NCBI GenBank assembly: GCA_030141605.1
Contig: JAQGDQ010000012.1
Location: 434,001 to 498,000, forward strand
Length of the DNA: 64,000 bases
Reading direction: 5' to 3'
Origin: Tubiluchus corallicola
Lineage: Eukaryota > Animalia > Priapulida
In this document: positions 24,030 through 36,170 of the stretch, piece by piece
Numbering within the stretch: the stretch's first letter is position 1
How the letters are laid out: every line of letters starts with the position of its first letter
The notes under the pieces: model-generated
What the model was told of the DNA's origin: nothing
What the model saw: the letters and a program-made list of their open reading frames with translations, nothing else
The model's database searches: none
Made by a program: the position numbers and the translations under genes

Positions 24030-27000
24030 ATGGCACCTCCGTGCTGTAAAATTTGTGTATCCTTCGTTAACATTACTAAATATGTTCCTGTATTATTCAT
24101 AACGTCTATCATTGCCTGGTCATATTATGCCTATGTAGTGGAACTTTGCTTTAGTAAGTTAAGCTTGCTGAATTAGTAGTCATTATTTAATTTCAGACGT
24201 TTAATAGGTACTGCCTTTTATCAGTTTGTTGCTTTTCATGGTTAAAAATATTAATTATTATGGTGAAATTCAGTTTCACCCTATAGAAAATGTGATGAAA
24301 TATTCGTAGCGTGCACTACAGAATCACGACTATTTTGTCAAAGAGCTGTACAAAAAATGTCGTTCTCAGGCTGCAGAAGTGCAAATTCGAAAAAACAACG
24401 CGGATTTCCTGGGGAAGTGAGACTGGAGGAGGTGCAGTTTGTGCCTTGCCTATTAACATATTCACTAGATTTTGATTTACAAAACTTTTTCTTGAAATTG
24501 CCAATTTGCTGCCCTTCGATAAATTTTTGTTCTTTCAAGGGATTATTGAGTGAGTTTATTAATAAAACACTGCACAATGCTGTGTTCCTTATACATAACA
24601 AGGCATGCTAATTGAAGCTTAATTCAGTTCAGTTAAATCAGTTTTATTTCCTCAACTTTAGTTTCAGGTAAAATAGTTATTAGATAAAATTAGTCACTAA
24701 CGCAGCTGCTCCTTTTTTAAGAAAAAAGTTAACTTTGTAAGTGCATGATTTTATAATTATTAAGATTATGTGCTAGTTTTTTTCAAAAAATATGAATTAA
24801 ATTACAGTTGCATTAAAGACAGTTGGTTTTGCAAGCAGTTACTAATCAAAAAAATTTTTAGCATTAAGGAATTGAACTGAAATTACAATGGTTGATTAAG
24901 GATTATTGAAACACTAAATTGAAAATTAGAATTGATCAGAAACATGCGTTCAATGTAAATTGCAGGCAAAAGTAATACAAACAAACGTGAAAAAAATCGG
25001 AAAATGAAACAAACATCACAGTATAAATATATTAGAACTAACGAAAAGAGACAGAACAAAAATCAGTTTGGAGTGCTCAGCCATAAATATGTTATATGAA
25101 ATACAAAAAGAACAAATAACTTTATACCTTGCATAAACAATAGCACATCAGGAAGATCAATCTAAAGGAAAAAATGGGCAAATAAAATCGTAAATGGCTA
25201 TTTAGAGTGACACAGTATTACATTGAAAAATAAAGCATGGTAGACATGCTTGGCTTATTGTCAAGCAAAACACAAACAAAAAAACAGCTCAAAGCAAAGC
25301 TAGAGCAAATAAAGACATAAATTGCTAACAAAAACTAATATAATTTAGAGTTTCAGCAAAAATAAGCAAAGCTAACATATAGAACTAGAATGCACTATTT
25401 AAAGGTTTAATGGGTACTTGCAGAAGACCCAGAAGACCTCCAAAAATGGTTTAGTTAACCTGTTCAGTATTATAAGCGCATTTTCCTTATATTACTGTAC
25501 AGAGACATTACATTTTTAAGCAATTTTATTAAACGTTTATATTTCTCTTAACGATAAGATCCCAAATTAAATAATTAAATTTATGCAGATATTTTTGCCA
25601 GCTTTATAATAATTATGGGCTTGCTATTTTGTAATTCATTGCATATGCTATGAATTGTATGATCATTTTTAGTTGATGAATCTATAATACAAAACAATGA
25701 CACTGCTATTATAAATCAGCTGAGCCATTAATGCATGTTATGAATGCACATGCTCATGATTTAGATACATGCCAGTCACGGTCACTGCTTTAATCAAGTA
25801 GCTGGTAATGTCTGTAATGTTACCTAACTTTCATGCATACCTTCAGCAGAAGCCAACAGAACTTCTCAGTTGGAAACTTATTATCATACACAGTGGCATA
25901 TGGATAAAATCTGGAAATACACATGAGGTTAGCAGGCTTCTGTATGAGAACAATATCAAATATTGGAGTCTCACATTAAATGTGTTAAATTGTTAAATAG
26001 TGATTGGATTTAGATTGTTGCGGCTTAGCAGTTCTTATGGCTTAAGAAAGATTTTCATTAACTTGTAGCTCGCTAAGTGATATTTGTATAGCATTTACCA
26101 TACTCAATTAAATATTTACAAATCTGTAACAATCTAGAAATTCACAATTGTTGGCAGGTAACTACCAATATTTAATTACTGTTTTGCATTGTCAAATTTC
26201 ATCATGAAGGAAACTAATTAAGAAAAAAATATTATTCTATTTTCCAGAAAGCATTGAATCAGCTACTGTGAAAGGTATGTCTTTTTCAGGCTTCTAACAT
26301 TGGGTTCAGGCTTGAATTTGTACTCTACAGAAACTTTTTAAATGTTAGTACCTACAGAGTAGTGTAGTATGTACTGTAGTAAGTGGTGGGCTGATACTGA
26401 TATTTTCGTTTACTATGACTGCCAGTATTGTATAGTATCTTATTCTACTATATTGCAGACATGCATATATATTTTTTGGTGCTACCACTATTGTCTGACT
26501 TGGGTTAATTTTTTTCATTTTTTTGCTTTTATTACAAAATAATTAATTCTTTGAATGCCCCAAACTACAATGACTTTCTGATTAAAACTAAACAAGAAAA
26601 TTGCTGCACTATCTAGTTTCAAGATTTTTGTGGTTGTCTTGTCCAGCAAACAAATTGTGCAAACAACCAGGTGGTCGTGTGTAGTTTTACGATATTCAAA
26701 TTAAGCTGCAGATTTGTAAAGTTATGTAATAGATATTTGAAACTTGTGATTGCGTGGGATTTATTAATTTATGATTAATAAACAGTGATGTAAACTGATT
26801 TAGAAGAGCAATGTCTAAACATAAGATGTTGAACAAATGAATATTTAAGCATTTTGTGTCATTTGTCAAGTATGATGGATTAAAATAGGCTAAATATTAT
26901 ACTTGTGCATAATTGAAAAAATGGGTATTACACCTAAATAACTGAGAACACAAAGTTTTTGGATCTTACATAGAAATGCTTTGTATATTTATATGTATAT

Positions 27001-30000
27001 ATGGATTTTTATTAGTTTAATATTTCAGTTCTTATATTCTATTTAGTGTGTGGCCCATTGGTATTAGTTATAATAAATAATCTGACAAAACTGAATGAGT
27101 CTTGGTTAACACCAGTGCACAATAATTCAGTGAAACTAGCTAGCTAGGCAGTAATGTAGGGCGCGGAGTATGCCACTAGCCAAAGCTAGACACTTCCGCT
27201 AAGACGCATATGCTAAATTTGCGGAAAAGCAGTGTCATATATGGGCAGCCCAAGTAGGGCACTGGCAATTTCTGTCGAGAATCGAGAATTATCACATAAT
27301 AAAACATAAAACAAAATTTGTTTTAGAAAAAAGGTAACTTTATAATAATGATGGATAGTCCTTGACAATTTACAAATGTATTTTTTTACAATAATATCAT
27401 CATTATTATTAGCTCCATTAATATCATCATAACATGAAACTAAGTATCTAATGCTTTAAAGAGAGAAACTATGTAGGGCACATAGCTCGCTAGCCCATTT
27501 GCTTAGTAGAAAACAATTATTTGTCCAAGAGGTAGTGAAACAGATTACCTGTCTGTGAAGTGAGATAAAATAAAAAAAAGGATAAACAAATGTTTGAATT
27601 GCCTAAAATCGGGCTCATTTTGCTTCAAAATGGTTAATATTAAAGCCAAATTTAATATTGACCATTCTACTAGCTCAGAATAAGATTCCTTTATTTTATC
27701 AGATGTGTAATAAATTATTGAACGTATATTGACGTTTTCAATTATTATTATTAAATAAACAAGGACAACGGATGCTGCCAGTACGGTTAACCACTCAATT
27801 TGTGACTTGTTTTTAGTGTCCTACTTGAGCAGCCCATGTACGTCAATTGTCCTACTTCGGCTAGTGTCCTACTCCACTCCCAACAAGTAAAACTAGCAAC
27901 TTTCAGGTGTGGCCTTTCAAAGCAATACACAGAAACTGTCTGTATTGTATAGGTATATAGCACACTTTATAATCATATGATGTAAATGTAGTTGTTAGTA
28001 ATGGCTATCATGTACAGTATTTTAGGGAATAAACATAGAAAATTGCTCTATTAAACTGGCTTAAGATTAACTGTACAAATGTAATGCTGAAAAATTATTT
28101 ATGTTTCAGTTTTTTATCTGGTTTTCTATCATGTGCTGCTGTTTATGTTTCTGTGGTCTTACTACAAAACAACTTTCACTAGTCATGGGAAAATACCTCA
28201 GCAGGTCAGTTTAGCTTCTTAGCACATTTTGAAAATTTTGCTGCAGGATTTTTTCTGAATATGTATGGTTACCACAGTTGAGATTAGGAACTGGTGTCTT
28301 AGACTTAGGACTTGAATGTTTTGGGTTTTTACTTGATGTAAGATTTGACCAGTTGGTTTGTTTGAACTTGCTTTCTGCTTTGGAACACACAACATTTCAT
28401 ACTCTCAGTTTAGCAGCTGAACTGCAAAAAATATAGAACAAACTTTTTCTTAATATCCAATTATTATTTTGAACCTTACGTCTGTAAAGTTTGTGGATAT
28501 CACCTTTAAGGACTACATCATAATATCAAGTACATACATTTGACTTTTTAACGCAGATTATCCCAAATAAGGTCATGAGGCCACTCAGTGTAATTGGTTG
28601 CTGATGGAAAATGTGAATACATGTCTAGAAAATTATATTTATTATATTATATTATAAAATTATATTATTTATAAATAATTTTTTTATCAGTGAAGCAGTT
28701 GTTAAGTGATGGATGTTGTTATCCATTTCTGTTTCTGTCTGCATTGTTCTGCACTGGTACAGGCATGTGAAGGTTTAGCTTTTGGCTGTTTAATAAATTG
28801 TGGTAGGACTTAACTCGACATTGACTTGTAAATTCACTTGAGACTCGCCACTAAAGACTTACTAACAGACCTGTTGGTTGTAAACAAAGGTAAAAGTTTT
28901 ATGCTTGATAAACTTTTGTGTCGAAATTACCACAACTATAATTCTAGGCAGTAACTATTACAGAACTTCAAGACTTGAGTCATCATTTTACAATTTTATA
29001 TGGGCCACTGCACTATAAATATGTAGCTTCACATTTATTTGTTTTTCACCCCCATTTCTCTTATTGAGGCTAAACAAGTTTCATTTTTACATTTTTTGGA
29101 CAGTTCTATTTATCTCAACATGATGCTGATGAGATAGAAAATGCAGAAACACAAGACAAGCAACGTCAGATTTTAGCTAAATGTGCTAAACGGCTTCCTG
29201 TCTATTGTCGAACTATGAATGGGTGTAAGTGTTTATTGTTACTTGAACGGAAGCTAGAAGTGTAAAATCTTCTAAAGCCATAACTGTCGCTATTTACATA
29301 ATATGATATTAGATCATTGATCTCCTAATTTTCAACTGTCAGAAAAAAAGTTCATTTGATTAGGTTGTTAATATCATAAAGTAGCTTCTTTTCAAATACT
29401 TTGAAACAGTACTGTTTTTTCTACTAAGCAGAAAAAAATATAATGGAGGCGAAACATATTTTGCTACTAGTTTTGCTGGTTAGCCTTTTTTCCAACTTTC
29501 AAGCTGGGAAATAGTACTTCGGCTGCAGTACATGTTTTGACACTGACCATGTACTGTGTTAAAATCATTCTCTACAGTGACAGTGTGTTCTAACATGATC
29601 TAAGCTCGCCTTTCGCGAAAACGTTTCATCTTTTTGGCAAGAAACGATTATTAGTAATTTAACGTAAAGTTAATATGCAAAAATAATCTTGGTAATTATT
29701 GAGTGTTGGCTAATTTAAGTGATTAAATACTGGTATAGGTTTCAAAATGAAGTTTCAAACCATTATAAAACTGTTTATTGCAAAAAAGAATGTGGTTTTG
29801 ATTTTAAGTATATTTGTGTTGCCTTGCATTGTTTACGACAAATAAAGATACTGACTATATATGCACTGATTATGGTTATATCTACCATGTGTTTTAAATC
29901 GAAATATTATTCACATGTTTCAAGTGCACATAGAATACACAAACTTAATTTGGGATGTCTTATTTTACATCTATATTTGCAAATTGAATTTAAACTTTTC

Positions 30001-33000
30001 GCCATTTTTCCAGGTCATCGTTTCTGCGAAAAATGTCAATTGCTGAAACCAGATAGGTGTCACCACTGTTCTGTTTGCGGTATTTGTGTTTTGAAAATGG
30101 ATCACCATTGTCCATGGTAAGCCTAAAGTCTAATGTTAAAAATGTTACTTTAGTTGTAACTTGCAATTCACATAGTAGTTTGAATGGTTGCATATTCCTC
30201 TAATTATGGCAAATAAATTAACCGTAGTTAGGAGTTGTAAAAAATTTAATACAAGTTAAACAAGGCTAAACAAGACCGTTTCAGACCTATAAATTTATTA
30301 GTGTTCGAATTTAAATATTTGTAAACTATTTAAAAATGTGATCATTCGCATTGTGATATAAACTTCTACCTCTAACATCAAAATTGTCTTTTTCAGGGTG
30401 AACAATTGCATAAGTTTTACAAACTACAAGTTTTTTGTACTTTTCCTTGGGTACGGCTTATGGTACTGTTTGTATGTAGCATTCACTTCTCTGCCTTACT
30501 TCCTGACTGTGTTTGAGGTAAGTTTCTTAAATGTAGCTGAAATCACGCTAAAATTAAGTGTTATTTGTTTAGTGCTTATGATAACATAGAGTTTTAATAG
30601 TAGCACTATTTGTAGAATAAGCATTTCTTTTATTACTTATGAATGCTTTGGCTGCACTGTGCAGCCTTGCGTGGTTGTTTAGTTCAACTCAAGTTCCAAA
30701 TAATATAAGCTATATCTGGGCAAATGCTCCGTATAAGATTATTGATGAAGTTATGATAGTTTGGCAAATTGCTGCAAGGCAAGTTTCTTTGAATCACTGT
30801 TGGACAGACATAACCACAGCTTTTAAAACCCATGAGTAGTATCAGCTTAACTTTTAAGATGAAAGAATAATAAGGCCTATTTTATTAACAATAAAGAAAA
30901 CAATGTAAAAGTTACACTATTGTAGTGTGCTTCATTGCACGACTGTTGTCAAACTATCTAGTATGTTGTTCATAATATGTTACTTTTTGCTTATTGTAAT
31001 AACTATGTTACCCACAGTAGGTATAAAGCATTAGTATGTTATGTAGTAATAAGCAGGTTGCATATTTTGCTATGTGATGCATCTCACAATTTTCTTATGG
31101 ACTTTTTCATTTTTCAGTTGGGCTATCGAGGAGTTCGTCAGCTTCAGGTTTTGTTTCTGTTTTTCGTTGCTTGCTTGTTTGCAATCAGCCTTGTCTGTTT
31201 GTTTGGTTATCATCTCTTCCTCATTTCCCGGAACAGAACAACATTAGGTTTGTATCTAAAGACATTCAATTTAGTAATTACTTACTCCTAATTGCATGTA
31301 GGCTGCTGAAAAACCTGCAGTTTTTTTCCAGCCAACCCCCATTAACAATTTATTAAGAATTGTGCAAACTGATTTTCATTACAAGTTTGTTTAAGAATTT
31401 ATGTAATGTAGTTTTTAGTGCTTTTCACTCTAAATCTGTTTGAGAGTCAGATTTTTTTAGATTTTTTTTGCTTCATATATATACATACTTGATTAAAGCT
31501 TAGGTGCTTAATAAAACAACTTTTTACCATATTGAATATTTTGCGTAAAACTGACTGTTATTCAACTTGAAAAAGTTATATTACTTAAAAAGGTTAAAAC
31601 ATTAAAAGGTTAAAGATTAAAAAGCCTTTGATGTGATTGGTGAAATTACATTGTTTAAATTAGGTTTGGTAGCTTATTTTAAAGTGCAGTTTCGAAAGAA
31701 TTGTTTATGCCTTAAACTAAATAAATCAGAGCACAAAAATCGGGTAAAAATATTTAGCTCTTATGTGGTGTCATCATTTGAATGTGAAAAAGAAATATGT
31801 TATTATTGCTCAAGCACAAAGTAATATTAGTCCCTATGTTCCTATGACATATATTTAAGTTATTTTATTTAAGATATCACAATGATTTTTGATTTGTTTA
31901 GAAACATTTAGAACACCAATGTTTTATACCGGTCCAGATGCCAACGGATTTAATCTTGGACTTCAAGCAAATTTCCAGGAAATTTTTGGGAACCAATGTG
32001 AAAAATGGTTTCTTCCCATATTTACAAGGTATGTATATTTAAGAGGTAATAGGTAGCTAATTGTTTTTTGACTGATTTTTTTATTTGTACTATAATCCGC
32101 AATTAAAATAAACTGTAAGATGCAAGAAAGTGAAGAAAGAATCCATGTGATATCCATGTTGTTGTTTTCTCCCTCAATTTTAATAGAGTCCATAACTGGA
32201 AAACATTAACTTAGGCCAGTATTGATGTGTGGTTAATGAAAGTTTGTAATTCGAGTGACTTTAAAAAATGTCGATTAAGTCAGTTAACCGTGCCACCAGG
32301 TGACATATACATGAATATGCCATTACTGTACAACTCACTTATACAGAACTAGCTATATGCCTGCCAGCTATAGACTTACACTCTACCAAGTAATTGAAGC
32401 CAACAATTCAAGAACTTTGCAATTTTGCCTTCACTTTCGGTGACACATTTATTTGCAATATGCCATGGCCATGAGTTGCCACTTTGTTGATGATTCGTCA
32501 CAAGTTTCAAATTTTCAACTGTGTCTTTAGGGCAGCTGCAGGCTGTAGAATCTGTAATGATTTTATGTATGTAATCATGTGACATGTCATAAGCAATCTG
32601 TCACAATTTGAGCTATTCAAAAATGAACTTTGACGTACTACAGGCATACCTTTATTTAGAAATTATTGTTTTATCTGTTTAAATCTATCACTGATCTGTG
32701 TAAGTATTTAACTCTACACGTTTACAGCTTTCTGGTTCTCCATACGTGCTGCTTCCCCAATACATAAGATTATTAACTAATGCAAAGTTTTTATGTAAGG
32801 GATTCTAACAGGATCTATGATCATGTGTTCGAATCTAGAGCAGGGTAAGATGATTATGCTTATATTTTGCGTGCATTTTAAAAGGACGTTGAAGCATTAT
32901 AATTTCTTTGCAAGTTTTGGTGACGGCTTGAGCTATCCAACACGCACAATTGACCTAGACACGGAACGGCTACTAGGTGATCCAGAAGGACAAACTCAGA

Positions 33001-33477
33001 CGTTTACTGATGATGTGGATGATCACTATGTGCACTTTAATGGTAATGATAAGCTACGAGTGAACACTTCTAATCAATAATATGCACACATTCTGCATTT
33101 CTAGATATTTTTATTTTTTGTTCTTTTAACTGTGGTAGTAGGCTAGTGGATTAGTATCACTGAACCAATAGAAGTTGGTTAACTATATTCTCTGGTTGTC
33201 ATTCAGCCATTTGCTAGCTAGGTCTCGGTTAACTTCATGGCAGAGCCTGCATTCATCTTTGCCATGTGTTAGCTTGCTTTATTGCTTGCTTGCACTCAAA
33301 TTGTAAAACTGTTTTTGCTTCACTAGCAACTTTCTGTTTCACTTTATTTAACCTTACCAATTGATTTTCATTTTCCAGTTTTTTACTGAAATTATTGAAC
33401 TTCTTTGTTTTTTTAAATTTAAGGAATTTTGTTTTTTTTCAGGTGTCTCTACCAGGCTCACTACAATTGTGGAGTGA
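24030..33477 (+). CDS. ZDHHC2/15/20: DHHC palmitoyltransferase, ZDHHC2/15/20 family, tandem copy B (about 336-337 aa)
   Basis: Exons: 24030-24153, 26248-26274, 28110-28204, 29104-29224, 30014-30116, 30397-30517, 31118-31247, 31902-32028. The last part is either 32915-33080 (read-through stop) or 32915-33042 plus 33443-33477. Motifs: [84 protein letters not shown] at 33843. Confidence 0.95.
27156..27884. mobile_element. Non-autonomous TIR element (MITE) in ZDHHC-B intron 2
   Basis: Imperfect TIRs of about 38 bp: GTAGGGCGCGGAGTATGCCACTAGCCAAAGCTAGACAC and TTGTCCTACTTCGGCTAGTGTCCTACTCCACTCCCAAC. Internal AAGTAGGRCAC repeats. Confidence 0.65.
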
Positions 33478-34647
33478 TGAAAAGGTGATATTTGTCGGAA
33501 ATTAAGCATAGATATTCGTTATTAAATGCTATTTTGTCCTATTTTACTCTTATCTATTTTTTCAGCTTATTCTTAAGCCAAAGACATTTATTTATTTATT
33601 TTATTTATTTACGTGCCAGCTAAAACCTTGTTACAGGACTTTACGATTGTTGTGTTAAATTATGATAAGTTATTAAGAACTACAATATGATCAGTTGGGA
33701 AAGCAATTTAATTAAGTATTTATTGATAAACATATAGCAGACAATACTAATAGTTACTACTGATATTGTTCTAGCAGCTGCTATTTATTCAAATTGTAAC
33801 TTTCAGTGTTGCTTGTTCTGTTACGCTGTTTCCTATTGTTGTAATAAAAGTTCAAGCTCATGTGTATAATTTACAATGATTGTCAACCGCTGAAACGGCT
33901 TTTACAAGAAAATTCCACGTTTGTCTCCATTTGCTAAGAAGGATATTTTAGTTTCGTATTAAATACCGCTTCTAAATCAAGTTTTATCAGTTGTTGTACA
34001 ATAAGTACATGGTTTTGCATACAGTCTTGAAAATATGATTTTGATAACTGCTAACTAAAATTGTTTAGTCATTTTGAATGTGTTTCACAACAGTCTATTC
34101 CGTGAACTAAAAACGTGTGTCCGTAACATTTATGTTAGGTTATGATGGTCAGTTTAACCATTCTCAGTGGATTTTATTTCTTGTCTGATTTAAATTTTTG
34201 TTTGTTAAATTAAATCATATAGTTTAACAGAAATTTTATATCCAACATTTGTCATTGCTAGCTAAGTTGTAAGTATATCGTTACAGAGCAGACACTTTCA
34301 TAAAAACTCATTTCGCTTTTTATTGCAGGGGCGAAACTGAAATTTTTTAAAATCTTGTGTAATTTTAATTTTGTGTCATTTATCTAGGTGTTTCATATAA
34401 CAGTTGCTATTGAGATGTTCTATTAAATGTCACATACTCACTACATGGTTTCAGAGCTAGAAAAAATGGCCCAGCAATGTTTCTACAGTGTATAGATATC
34501 TCTCTGTTATATAAAGCATTTTGTGATTAATAACATGCATATTAAATTATTCTTTCTTAATATGAATGTTTTTGTTGTTTCATCTGAAATCTAAAGTTAG
34601 ATGCAGTTGAACAGTTGTTATTTTCTGAGACATAACAGGTGATCATT

Positions 34648-35379
34648 TCAAATGAGTATTAAAAATAAATGAGGAAGAAAAATTAGAACCGTAATAGGTG
34701 AAAAGACCACGTCATATGGGTAGACATTGAATGTGGCAGAAATCACTTCTTTCATCTGATAGATACTGAATGACTGCTGTTTGCATCGTATATATGGGTT
34801 ATCCAGGATGATCTCTATATTCTCATAACCACATTGTAAGTGCAGCTGGTAAATTTTAAAACCAATCACAGTCAAGAGACATCCTAGTATCAAAAACAGC
34901 AAAAGAGCAAGGGATATGTTCCGCATTTGTCTTAGACCAGTTTTAGTCTTCGCATAGTCACTCCCTTTTGATTTTAAAAGAGGAGCATTGCACGGAATAT
35001 CCAAGGAGTTGCCAGTGCATGCTAGTTTGTATCTGTGAATTATTGCTGTTCTTGAGGCCCAAGCTTGTGCCAGACGATGCCCCTTTGTTGCATCTGCAGG
35101 AACCTTCAACGACATCACCTTAAACCGATCCTCAGTGGAACTGACTGCACCAGGCAAAAGCTGAATGGAAGCTTGCTTTTTAGCTTTTGGTTGGATTATT
35201 AAGGAATTTGGTGAAATCTTGTATTTGTCACGAGTATTTGCTTTTATCTTAATTGCTAGGATGTCATCGGATGTGTTTTGCAGTATTAGTTTTTCTCCTT
35301 CATCAATGTTTTGATGTACGGTAAAGTCAAGCTGGCGTGGATAGAGGTGCAGTGTTGGGCTTGGAGCATCGCCAGCCAT
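34648..35379 (-). CDS. MSP (major sperm protein/VAP-type) domain membrane protein, similar to the MOSPD2 C-terminal half; single coding exon
   Basis: 243-aa ORF. MSP-like pattern LHLYP..LDF...LILQN....AIKIK....KYKISPN...QP....EDRFKVM...LAQAW...YKLAC, then a hydrophobic segment ISLALLLFLILGCLLTVIGF. Splice acceptor 9 nt upstream of ATG with an in-frame TAA between. Minus-strand AATAAA at 34319-34324. Confidence 0.8.
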   Translation of the reverse strand: MAGDAPSPTLHLYPRQLDFTVHQNIDEGEKLILQNTSDDILAIKIKANTRDKYKISPNSLIIQPKAKKQASIQLLPGAVSSTEDRFKVMSLKVPADATKGHRLAQAWASRTAIIHRYKLACTGNSLDIPCNAPLLKSKGSDYAKTKTGLRQMRNISLALLLFLILGCLLTVIGFKIYQLHLQCGYENIEIILDNPYIRCKQQSFSIYQMKEVISATFNVYPYDVVFSPITVLIFLPHLFLILI

Positions 35380-36084
35380 AGTTTATACCTGTAAGAAACT
35401 AATAGTGTATAATAACATACAGTGTAAATTTTTATGTGTAGCAAACTAAAGTAGCTATAATCTCATTTGGAGTATGTCTTGGTGATAAAGTAATCCTCAG
35501 CCTCAGTACTACGTTCACCTTAGTACTTTTTATTACTCTTAGTTACGCATTTGTTCACACAGTGTAATGTACCAGCTATAATGGTTAATGGAGACCTAAC
35601 AGCAGATCGACGTATTTATACAACAAATTAAAAAAGTCAGCAACCCAAGTGAAGGGTATAGCAGTCATCAATAGGGCAAAAATGTAATTGACCTCACATG
35701 TCTAAAATAGCAGTGTTATTTTGTCGATATAGAATTGCTGTTGGGTATGCAGCTGGAAATATTACAGTTTTCGAGAATGCATCAAAACAAGAGTGAACAT
35801 TAAATAAGGTAGGATCTAAGACATTCAAACACGACTTCCGATTGTACGTATTTTTTCGTTTATAATGATGATATGTACTGGACAAGCAAGTAAAAACTAA
35901 CGGGCTTCTTATTTTAACGTTATAGTAATCAACAAAAAACTTTTCTATGGCCTAATTAAAATAAAAATCAATTTTTATGCAACTCTTACAACTCAATTTT
36001 GAACATTAATTGAATTAATAATAATAATTACCAAGAACTAAGATAAGTGAGTGCACAACGAACTCCAAAAACTCATAATTGATG

Positions 36085-36170
36085 ATCGTAATTCGCGTCG
36101 TAACCTGGGGCGATGGGCTTAACTAGCGTGAGTAAATCGCCGTGACGTTGCATCGTATGACGTCATTTAA
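36085..36170. promoter_or_regulatory. Candidate promoter of the MSP-domain gene
   Basis: CpG-rich patch with GTGACGT and TGACGTCA (36158-36165), about 750 bp upstream of the coding exon acceptor. Confidence 0.35.

Noticed and set aside
24316-24611. Three overlapping ORFs in ZDHHC-B intron 1
   Set aside because: No recognisable domain or exon structure; probably repeat-derived.
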